Shown here piece after piece: positions 40,297 through 48,586 of a stretch of DNA of 64,000 nucleotides. The translations under genes were made by a program, and so were the position numbers. Under the pieces are notes generated by a model. It had not been told where the DNA came from, ran no database searches, and worked only from the letters and a program-made list of their open reading frames with translations. How positions within the stretch are numbered: position 1 is the stretch's first letter; each line of letters opens with the position of its first letter. The DNA is taken from contig OY970280.1 in NCBI GenBank assembly GCA_963715865.1, forward strand, positions 320,001 through 384,000, written 5' to 3'. The DNA is from Candidatus Bathyarchaeota archaeon. Its GTDB lineage: Archaea; Thermoproteota; Bathyarchaeia; Bathyarchaeales; Bathycorpusculaceae.

Positions 40297-41277
40297 TTAT
40301 CTTACGAAGTCGTCGAACGTCCAGAAGTGGTCTTCTTCTTGAATTATTATGTCTTCGAACATGCGTCTTGTTGTTGTGTCGCCGCGTTTGAGTGCTTCAG
40401 CGATGATTTGTCGGTACAGGGATATTGCGCTACTTTCCAATGCGTGATCCAATTTTAGGAAATCCATAGCTGTGTCGCCTACAACTGGAAGTGGATCTGG
40501 CGTGGTTGTTGCTTCGCCTTCAAGTAGGTAAATGCGCTCGCTGATTTTTTCTAAGTGGTCCATTTCTTGCATGAAGATTTCTTTCAGTATCTTGCTTACT
40601 ACGTTGGCTTTGTTGGTTTCAGTTATGGTTTCTAGCGGTGTGTTCTTCATTCGAAGTTCAAGAAAAGTCGCTTTCTCGTGCTGATTCGTATATTGGATAA
40701 TCCCGGTGATTTCTGCTGCGACAGCCTTGTTTAAGAGGACAAAGTAATCGTCTGTGTATATTTTGCGCCATTCAGGCAGTGGCACTTTGCTTGGCTCTTC
40801 TTTCTCGTCTTGGAACTTGGTGTATTCTTGGAATTTGAATAAGTGCCCTTCTTCTTCACCGTAGATTTTCTCGAAGAGTTCACGTGTTTCCCAATCGCCC
40901 ATTTTCCCAGCGGTCTCGATGATGTGGCGGTAAAGCGTTAACGCTTCTTCTTCAGCTTTTACGCCTAGTTTGGCAAATTCGCTTATGCTGTCGCCAATGT
41001 TAGGTTTGCCTGATTTAGTTGTTGCTTTTCCACCAAGATAGTAAATGCGCTCCATTATGCTTGCGGCATGTTTCATTTCTTGGATAGCAATTTCTCGTAG
41101 GAACTTTCCAACGGCGTCATAGGTGGTTTTGTCTAGGAGGATGTTTTCGGGGATGGTTCTGCGCACGAGCTTTTCCATTTTTGCATGTTGAAGTATATAC
41201 TGGACTGAAACAGCAATTTCACGTTCAACTGCTTTGTTTAGCAAGTCTACGTAGTCTGGGGTTGTTTTAACAGCCAT
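40297..41277 (-). CDS. Tandem two-domain ferritin/bacterioferritin-like protein
   Basis: Two copies of LNKAV-x-E..QY...EMxH...ERIYYLGG...E...Y..E..F..I..EExH. Confidence 0.88.
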   Translation of the reverse strand: MAVKTTPDYVDLLNKAVEREIAVSVQYILQHAKMEKLVRRTIPENILLDKTTYDAVGKFLREIAIQEMKHAASIMERIYYLGGKATTKSGKPNIGDSISEFAKLGVKAEEEALTLYRHIIETAGKMGDWETRELFEKIYGEEEGHLFKFQEYTKFQDEKEEPSKVPLPEWRKIYTDDYFVLLNKAVAAEITGIIQYTNQHEKATFLELRMKNTPLETITETNKANVVSKILKEIFMQEMDHLEKISERIYLLEGEATTTPDPLPVVGDTAMDFLKLDHALESSAISLYRQIIAEALKRGDTTTRRMFEDIIIQEEDHFWTFDDFVR

Positions 41278-41420
41278 AAATAACCACAACTTCTACTCAG
41301 AAAGGAACAATCACTTAGATATAAGATTTTTTATGAAAACAAATTCAGGGAAAATAAATGAAATCAAAAAAGAGTCTCTGTCAAGTTGACGGTTGGTGTT
41401 TTTGTTGTTTATTGACTTTT

Positions 41421-41534
41421 TTACTACGTACATGGGCTAAAGCACGGGAAACTTTACTACGTACAAGCCAAGGGTCTTAGGATGTACGTAGTATAACTTG
41501 GGACCGACAAAAAACCTCAGAATGTACGTAGTAA
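41421..41534. repeat. Four copies of TACTACGTACA (two direct, two inverted)
   Basis: 41421-41432, 41454-41465 forward; 41483-41493, 41523-41534 inverted. Confidence 0.85.
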
Positions 41535-42355
41535 ACTATCAACCGAAAGTTTACAATGACCCTTTAACCGAGAACTTGGCAACTTCTTTTTTAGTACAAT
41601 CGCTTACGAATAAAGTTAAAAATAAGAAGATAGCAGTGCTAAAGCGAAGGCTGGTACCTTTGAGTGTGAAGCGAGCCGCCATTGCCGTCATTGCGTTAAC
41701 CTTAATTCTAGTTATCCTTAGCTCTTTTCCAGCGCAAATGTATCAACAGAAAATCTTCACTTACAGCTACTCGGAACAGCCAGTTCGGCGGCTTCAAGTT
41801 TACTCAGGAGTAACCAGCTTGAAAGCGATAACCATAGATGAGTACTGCATGCTGGCTTTCCCAACCTCCACCATGGTGCAAACAGCCCAATCATCATTAA
41901 CCAACTCTACCTGCCTGCAGATTTACGATTTTATCAATGAGAACCCAAGCATTCAATTCAGGGCTATTTGTGCGGGACTTTGCCTTCCAGTCGGGTTGGT
42001 GCAGTATTACTTGGCGGGGCTAACCAAAGCTGGGTTGGTTTCGTTTATTCGTGATGGACGTTACAAGCGGTTCTTTATTTCTAAAAGGTTTTCAAAGAGG
42101 GAGATGACTGCAATTTCCCTGCTTCGGCATAAAACGGCTAAGAAAATTGTTGAAGTGCTTTTATGTAAGAAGCAGTTGTCGCATTGCAGGTTAGCTTGTG
42201 AGGTTTCGATTACGTCTCAGGCGTTGACTTGGCAGATGAAAGCGTTGAGAAACACTGAGTTCATATTGCATGTGAATGAAGGATTAAAAACAATTTACTC
42301 CTTAGATGAATCTTCAGCGCCGCTGCTGCAGAAATATTTGGCTATTGTAAACTAG
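41498..42355 (+). CDS. Membrane-anchored double winged-helix transcriptional regulator
   Basis: TM segment then IYDFINENPSIQFRAIC...DGRYKRFF and a second wHTH; true start probably downstream. Confidence 0.75.
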   Translation: MGPTKNLRMYVVNYQPKVYNDPLTENLATSFLVQSLTNKVKNKKIAVLKRRLVPLSVKRAAIAVIALTLILVILSSFPAQMYQQKIFTYSYSEQPVRRLQVYSGVTSLKAITIDEYCMLAFPTSTMVQTAQSSLTNSTCLQIYDFINENPSIQFRAICAGLCLPVGLVQYYLAGLTKAGLVSFIRDGRYKRFFISKRFSKREMTAISLLRHKTAKKIVEVLLCKKQLSHCRLACEVSITSQALTWQMKALRNTEFILHVNEGLKTIYSLDESSAPLLQKYLAIVN

Positions 42356-42358
42356 CAT

Positions 42359-43030
42359 GTGCTTTTAAGGCACGTTTTCAATTTCGCTTGTATGCCAAAA
42401 CTGTATCTTTTAGGCGGAGAAAACGTCTTTAGAAGAAGCGCAAGGGAAGTAAACGAGAGAGCCTTCCAAGAGGCAGGAGAACCTCTAGTTGTTCTGGTGT
42501 TTGCTTGGGCAGGAGCATCATTCGACAAAGGCTATAAAAAAAGGAAAAGACTGGTTGATTACTTCATAAGTCTTGGCGCCTGCACAGTTAACTTTGTAGA
42601 ATACTCTGATTCGATGGAATTGATTGCTGAAAAAATGGCAAGTTCAAACTTAATCTACTTAACAGACGGGCTTGCAAGCGTTCTAGTTGAGCGATTAAAA
42701 AACATGGGCGTGAGCCGTCTGCTTAGTGATTATTGTGGAGTCATCGTGGGGAGAAGCGCAGGAGCCTTGGCACTTTGTAGAAAATGCATAATCACCTGCC
42801 GTCGCAATTCAGATGTAAAAATCATAAATGGACTCGGCTTAACAACTTTTACCCTTAAGGTTCACTATAAACCTGAAAAGGACGCTGAACTGGAACGGCT
42901 TTCAAAAGGAGAGAAAATTTACGCTGTCCCTGAAGGTTCAGCACTTGTTTACAATAATGGTAACTTATCATTCATCAATAATGTTTACTTGTTCCATAAG
43001 GGTGAGAGGCAAATCTTGAGTGAAGCGTAA
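42359..43030 (+). CDS. Peptidase E (S51)-like class I glutamine amidotransferase-fold protein
   Basis: GRSAGA nucleophile elbow, KVHY His. Confidence 0.8.
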   Translation: MLLRHVFNFACMPKLYLLGGENVFRRSAREVNERAFQEAGEPLVVLVFAWAGASFDKGYKKRKRLVDYFISLGACTVNFVEYSDSMELIAEKMASSNLIYLTDGLASVLVERLKNMGVSRLLSDYCGVIVGRSAGALALCRKCIITCRRNSDVKIINGLGLTTFTLKVHYKPEKDAELERLSKGEKIYAVPEGSALVYNNGNLSFINNVYLFHKGERQILSEA

Positions 43031-43040
43031 AAAAGCCTTG

Positions 43041-43793
43041 TTAAGAGAAGAACCTTCGAACGTAAACGCGGGACTTGATAATAATTGGCGTTAAAGCAAC
43101 TGTAAGTATTGTACCGAGTGTGGCGAGCACTATTATGTCTCCGAAGACCCAACCGAAGAAAACCGTGGAAAAAATCGACAGATGAATATTGCCGAATGCC
43201 ACCAAAGCACCGACACCAAATACGCCTGACACTATACTGGCGACGAAAACACCGACGATTAACCAAGTTATCCAAGTTTTGCGGTCTTCAATAGATGCTT
43301 GAACAATCAAAAGTGCGATGCCAACTATGAATGTTGCAACAAAAACTGATGTTAAAGAAAGTATAAGAGCAATAGCTGAGCCAACCAAATCTAACCCGAG
43401 AAGCATATTCAGCCCGTAAGTCAACTTTTGACGCCTCAACTCTAAGGCTGGCTTAATTTTAAGTGACCTATAAATTAACAGTGGCACGAAACCTTCAAAA
43501 AAATCAGCCAGCGCCCAAACCAGCACAAACGGCAACGAATAGCCAAGATATAGACCCATAAACGCACAACTGAGATAACCTGCTAGGCAGCCCCAGACAC
43601 CGAACCAAAGCGCCAAAGGCACATAAATCGCCGCTGCAATATAGAGCCCAGAAACGCCGGGCACTGGAGCCACAGGAGCTAAGACAACAGCCCAAATTGC
43701 CAAAACAGTACATATTACTGTTGCAATTATGAAGACAACTGGTTGTCTCCAAGTTATGCCGGCGCCTGACGTATTGAAGCTAGTTTTTAACAT
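43041..43793 (-). CDS. Multi-TM membrane protein (ECF S-component/QueT-like)
   Basis: LALWFGVWGCLAGYLS, FGWVFGDII; about eight TM segments. Confidence 0.65.
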   Translation of the reverse strand: MLKTSFNTSGAGITWRQPVVFIIATVICTVLAIWAVVLAPVAPVPGVSGLYIAAAIYVPLALWFGVWGCLAGYLSCAFMGLYLGYSLPFVLVWALADFFEGFVPLLIYRSLKIKPALELRRQKLTYGLNMLLGLDLVGSAIALILSLTSVFVATFIVGIALLIVQASIEDRKTWITWLIVGVFVASIVSGVFGVGALVAFGNIHLSIFSTVFFGWVFGDIIVLATLGTILTVALTPIIIKSRVYVRRFFS

Positions 43794-44144
43794 CTAAACG
43801 TTATTTATTGCCATAGAAATATAAGAATTATTAATTTTTAGGTGAAAGCTAAAGAGATTGAATTTTTAAAAAATGAAAAAATCGGCTGTATAGTTTACTT
43901 ATAATCGTTCTCTTAATTTTTCTGTAAGAAGCCTTACAATTTCTTCTTTATCTTTTTCTATGAAATTCCAGAGTTGTTTACTTTCGTTGTCCAACAAACT
44001 AATTTTTTTTACATTAGGTTGATAAAAATTAATCTTTCTTTGAAAACGCATTATCGCTCATGAGCCATCATCACATGATAAATATAAAAAAGTTCGTTTA
44101 GGCAGATACTAACCGAAACAAACTTTACGTATTCGTACAATGGT

Positions 44145-44167
44145 GGTTCGAATCCCAGCGGGCCCGC
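44145..44167 (+). repeat. Isolated tRNA 3'-end fragment (att-like; tRNA-Arg-type acceptor)
   Basis: GGTTCGAATCCCAGCGGGCCCGC = T-loop plus 3' T-stem plus acceptor strand, with no 5' half upstream. Confidence 0.65.
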
Positions 44168-44340
44168 TCCCAACGGACCGCATTTATAACGCTGCTTCTT
44201 GTCGGCAATTTTAATGAACTGGTGAGGGTGTCGCTAATCTTTATGGAAACGCTTAGACAACATGGTTTTTGGATTATTGACTTTTGGAGCTTGCCAAAAA
44301 GAATCGGAGAGAAATTCTAAAAATATTTTTTGCTGTCTAT

Positions 44341-45141
44341 TTAAAAGCCTGTATGATTTTCGTCGGTTCCTTTCTCGTGATAGATCTCTTTTATTATTGC
44401 TTCAATAGGCTTGCCCACACTTGCCGAGCCGCGCTCCTTTTCTAAATTTATGATCGACCACCCTTTCACTCGTGCCCATGGAGGCAGAGTCTTACCTATA
44501 ATTAAAACACCGTCATACAGAAATAACACGTCTCTTTTAATGTCCTCAGGAGCTATTATAATCCATTTAGAAGCTGCTCCTAGAATTATTCTCGCCAATC
44601 CATAGGAGAGGATATCAATATTCTGACTCCTGTAAATAATGAATAGTTTAAATCTGTCGGTTCTAGAATGTTCCAGCAATTTGCGAACAATATCCTCAGG
44701 AATTGTTTCGCGAACCATGTTGAGTTCTACATCTTTTTCAAAATCCATCGGTACCTCGAGAGGTGCTATTTCGCCAGTAGGCACACCATTTCTTTCCGTG
44801 AACTCTGCCATTAAATTGTCCACAGAACTTAACAGAAGCTTCTTCTGCAACAGTAAGTCCGTTGGTATTTCAACTATATGTGAAACAACACCGCTGCGCT
44901 TTAACTCATCTAAACCTTGAGCCTGAAAAACTCTCGCCAAATAAAGCCTATTTTTTCCAACAACCATAACCTTTTCAAGAAAGCCTCTCTGTACAACGGA
45001 TTGATCGAAAGGAATTAGGAAGTCTTTAAAAGCATTCTTAAACAAATCCACATCTGCTGCTTTGGTTTTTGCTCTCACAGAGTATCCCTTGTACGGCGCT
45101 GGAGCATAGATTATTTGTTCGACGGAGGCGAAATTCATCAA
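44341..45141 (-). CDS. GAP1-N2/DENN-like GTPase-associated protein
   Basis: EQIIY...GYSVRAKT start and GLDELKRSGVVSHIV motif; 9 nt downstream of the GTPase. Confidence 0.55.
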   Translation of the reverse strand: MMNFASVEQIIYAPAPYKGYSVRAKTKAADVDLFKNAFKDFLIPFDQSVVQRGFLEKVMVVGKNRLYLARVFQAQGLDELKRSGVVSHIVEIPTDLLLQKKLLLSSVDNLMAEFTERNGVPTGEIAPLEVPMDFEKDVELNMVRETIPEDIVRKLLEHSRTDRFKLFIIYRSQNIDILSYGLARIILGAASKWIIIAPEDIKRDVLFLYDGVLIIGKTLPPWARVKGWSIINLEKERGSASVGKPIEAIIKEIYHEKGTDENHTGF

Positions 45142-45149
45142 GTTTGCAC

Positions 45150-46199
45150 CTAACCTATGCCAACAGCGTCGCTCTCGTCTTCTATTTTCTTTTTATCACT
45201 AATCTTGTTAGCAATTTTTCCGAAGTACTGTATGAAGCTCTTGTACTCTGTTTCCGAGTATATTAGTTCATTGGCTTGCCCCTTCTTAACAACTTTTGGA
45301 ACCAAAATGCCATCTTCATTAAGCTCTGTTAATGCATAGCTTATAAAAATTGGCGCATCTTGCATTTCTGTTCCAACCAGACTTGCGCCATATATTTGTG
45401 AAAGGGACGATCTAAAGAAAGTCTTTGCAAAATTATTGAAGAATTTCCACCTGAGGTGCCTATCATTACTTAGTTTATCAACCCATTGAATATATTCTTC
45501 CGGTACCGGTACTCCCACCCCTTTTTTTATAGATGGATCAATGGCATCAAATTTTGTTAATACAAACACAGGAAAGAGTTGCTTTTTTCCCTTATCATAT
45601 CTTGAGCGGTACTTACCGATATAAGAGATGAGCGAGGACATTAAGGTGTCATATTTCAACATTTCATCGTATCTTGGATCTTTTCGGTCGGCAGCAATTT
45701 TTTCCGAGTCTATCAAGAACACTATAACATCTGAATTGAGCGCGCTTAGCAGAGACGGTGCGACAGATTCAGATAAAGGCACACCACTACTCTTGGACTC
45801 TTCGAGATACCTACTCAACATTTCAACATCTTCGCCAGCAACGTCAAAAAGCTTAAAATTGACAGTGTTAAATAGCTCTCCGCGAGTAACAGTCCTTTCT
45901 CTGAGCTTTACAAGCTGCTTTTCAACCTCTTCCTTAGCGGCTAATAAGGTTCTTGTGAAAATATTACTATAGCCAAAGCTAAAATTGTATTCCAAAAGAG
46001 AACCCTTTATTGTTGCAGGCGGCCATAGCGACTTTTTTAAGCTCGTCAACATTTCCCCTGTGACAGTACAAGTAAGCGGATCCCTGTACACTCTGAAATA
46101 ATTTTTATTATTAACACTGTAATTTATTGCTGTATTAAGCAATAAAGCCACAAAAACACTTTTTCCGCTACTACGCCCCCCCACAATTGAAACAGGCAT
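45150..46199 (-). CDS. TRAFAC-class P-loop GTPase
   Basis: G1 GGRSSGKS, G2 WPPAT, G3 DVAG, G4 TKFD; start set at ATG 46199. Confidence 0.85.
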   Translation of the reverse strand: MPVSIVGGRSSGKSVFVALLLNTAINYSVNNKNYFRVYRDPLTCTVTGEMLTSLKKSLWPPATIKGSLLEYNFSFGYSNIFTRTLLAAKEEVEKQLVKLRERTVTRGELFNTVNFKLFDVAGEDVEMLSRYLEESKSSGVPLSESVAPSLLSALNSDVIVFLIDSEKIAADRKDPRYDEMLKYDTLMSSLISYIGKYRSRYDKGKKQLFPVFVLTKFDAIDPSIKKGVGVPVPEEYIQWVDKLSNDRHLRWKFFNNFAKTFFRSSLSQIYGASLVGTEMQDAPIFISYALTELNEDGILVPKVVKKGQANELIYSETEYKSFIQYFGKIANKISDKKKIEDESDAVGIG

Positions 46200-46328
46200 A
46201 TTATCCCTCAAAATAAGATTATCATCTCATAAGGGAATTAATATATTTTTCTTATTTTGCCTTATTTCGGATAACACATTAAGCAAGCTAAATGAATACT
46301 GTCATCGCTTTGACTTTTTTGTCGCGCG

Positions 46329-48314
46329 TTATTTCAGGATGAAGGATATTCTGTCTGCTTTTTTAGTAACGGGATTCAACGTTATTTTCTTTTCTATTGC
46401 AACCTCGTTTTTGTAAGCATCAGCAAACTTGAATATACTGGTTACAACATTATCCACTCTAACTTTATCTGGAAGTATTCGTCCACACATGACACTTATT
46501 GTTTCGTCTAAATCAGTCAAGGCGGAATCTGAAGGTCTAACGGTAATTTCGCGTCCATCCTTCAGATTTCTAAGATACTCAGCAATCCTAATCAAGGATT
46601 TATCAGCTAAAATCGATGTAATTTTCTTGGCATTAGGCCCTTTTACAGAATAAAGGGCTATCAGCAAGTTCCTATAGCCTTCCTTTTCAGAATGATTTCC
46701 GTATGGCAGTTTAATTTTCACATTATCACTAAACGCTTCCTCTATTTGTTTTAACCAATCTTTTGGTGTGCCCATTTTTAGCAACTCCACATTTATCTCC
46801 TTAATTTGCAGCGCCTCAGAGGGCGTAGATTGAGTAGATGGTAGAGACGGTATTGACGGTATTTGTGCTTTTATTTTTTCTATTGCCCTTCGTGCCACTT
46901 GATTGATAGTCTTCCTTTCAGCGCGCGCGTGAATAGGAATACCTAACACTTTTTGTGTATTGGTTTTGTCTTCAATATCGTCAAATTCAATATTAAAGTC
47001 GGGCACTTCTAGAACTTCTTTTTCTGGCATTATAAGGGTTACAGCAAGCTCCTCTGTTTGACCACTCTTGAGTCTGGCTATTTTGCAATCGACAGCACCA
47101 GATTTTATGTACTTTGGGTCAAAGGGCAGAGTGAAAGTCAAGTTTTTTGCGTCACCTTCGCCCATGTTTGATATTTTTAGGATCAGAGTGAAAGGCTTTT
47201 TCATCTCGACATCTTTCGGATAGTCAAAGGCAACTTGTAAGTTGGGTTGAAGGGTTGTTATTTGTGCTTCAAAACTGGCGATTGGGGTGCTAAACGGTTT
47301 TCCAACAGAGTCTTGAAAGGTCACTTTCAGATCCTCGAAATGGAAAGTGCCGCTTTTTCTTGTTTTCAAAGCTATCTTGTGGTTGACGCTTCCATGAGAG
47401 GCTATGTTTCCGATCTTTGTCGCTATCTTCTCCATAACTTCAAATTCAGGATGGTTTTCGAGACCTTCAAGTTCCACATTTTTGGCAAGGCCAGCCCCTC
47501 TGTTAACAATATCCAAAGTTAATTCAAGAATGTCTTGGGAATACGCTTCATAAATACTCTTATTTTGTGAAACTATTAATTCAGGCGCTAATGGCTTCAC
47601 ACTAAGCGCGGCGCTGATGGGTTCCTTTCCAAAATAGATGCCCTCAACGGTTCCTCCTAATCCAACGACTACTACAAGATCGCCGTGGGCGCTGGCTTCA
47701 AATTCATATTTCTCCACGTATTTCCCTTTGAATAACTTTGAAGGCGTTTTTGGTGTCCCTTCAATCTCAAGTTCTGACGGCGCTTCAATGCTTATTTTGG
47801 GGTCATAAATTTCGCAAGGCGAATTTATCTCTATGTTTAATGTAGATTTTTCGCCGACCGTAATTGTTTCCGGTTCAAACCACGCTTTAACCGACGGCTG
47901 GTTTTCCCCTTCCTTTGTGTACCACCCTCGCACTTCTTCATTGATTATATTTCTTTCTGCCAACTCTTTAAGAAGCCAAAGCATATCGTTTGTGTCGACG
48001 CCGAAATGAGTTACCAAATCCATAAAGTAGACCGCCTTATACCCAGACGAGATAAAAGCGATGTCGTCTCTTGTAACGCCTATTAATTTGCCGTTGCCAA
48101 TGGCTTGCTTATTAACAAAATACTTGATGTTTGAGCTTTGAAGTTGAGATATGACAGGCTCTATTTCATTGTATATAGCTGATTCATCAAGGTTCATTGC
48201 CTTTGCTATATCGCTGATGTTTTTGATTATCGTAGCCGTCACGCCAAGTGCTATTATGTTTAATATGTATGGGCATAAATGCTTTTTCATAAAAATTTTC
48301 AGTTGACGAGCCAT
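46329..48314 (-). CDS. Cytoplasmic scaffold: tandem wHTH, about three CARDB/BatD-like Ig domains, unknown C-terminal domain
   Basis: No signal peptide or TM; repeats of L.I.N.G.G.AKN; N-terminal ISDIAKAMNLD and FMDLVTHFGVD helices. Confidence 0.7.
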   Translation of the reverse strand: MARQLKIFMKKHLCPYILNIIALGVTATIIKNISDIAKAMNLDESAIYNEIEPVISQLQSSNIKYFVNKQAIGNGKLIGVTRDDIAFISSGYKAVYFMDLVTHFGVDTNDMLWLLKELAERNIINEEVRGWYTKEGENQPSVKAWFEPETITVGEKSTLNIEINSPCEIYDPKISIEAPSELEIEGTPKTPSKLFKGKYVEKYEFEASAHGDLVVVVGLGGTVEGIYFGKEPISAALSVKPLAPELIVSQNKSIYEAYSQDILELTLDIVNRGAGLAKNVELEGLENHPEFEVMEKIATKIGNIASHGSVNHKIALKTRKSGTFHFEDLKVTFQDSVGKPFSTPIASFEAQITTLQPNLQVAFDYPKDVEMKKPFTLILKISNMGEGDAKNLTFTLPFDPKYIKSGAVDCKIARLKSGQTEELAVTLIMPEKEVLEVPDFNIEFDDIEDKTNTQKVLGIPIHARAERKTINQVARRAIEKIKAQIPSIPSLPSTQSTPSEALQIKEINVELLKMGTPKDWLKQIEEAFSDNVKIKLPYGNHSEKEGYRNLLIALYSVKGPNAKKITSILADKSLIRIAEYLRNLKDGREITVRPSDSALTDLDETISVMCGRILPDKVRVDNVVTSIFKFADAYKNEVAIEKKITLNPVTKKADRISFILK

Positions 48315-48319
48315 TGTTT

Positions 48320-48531
48320 TAGCGCGTGCGCGCTAGTTGTCTCGAGGGAGATGGACGGCTTTCACTTTTATGTTTGTAATCGGCTGGACTTTTCTGCTAG
48401 GCAGGTTCTTTTGGCGTACAAGGTGAGGCATCGTATAGACGAGTTTTATAGGGATGTTAAGCAGAATTTGGGGTTGGAGGCGTATCAGATGCGCGCCTAT
48501 GTGAAGTCCGCTATTTAGCCCGCGCGCGCTA
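48320..48531 (+). mobile_element. MITE-like internally deleted IS: IS4/IS701-like transposase fragment between GC palindromes
   Basis: RHRIDEFYRDVKQNLGLEAYQMR fragment; flanks TAGCGCGTGCGCGCTA and TAGCCCGCGCGCGCTA. Confidence 0.7.
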
Positions 48532-48586
48532 TGCGTACGCACGATAATTAAAAGTTTAAAAGTTAAAAAGTTTAGTTAAATACCTG

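Noticed and set aside
41421-41534. CRISPR-like repeat array
   Set aside because: Repeats are 11-12 nt, in mixed orientation, with no cas genes; no CRISPR array was found in the window.
43899-44051. 50-aa minus-strand ORF next to the tRNA fragment
   Set aside because: No RBS or motif; probably a gene remnant or chance ORF in AT-rich DNA.
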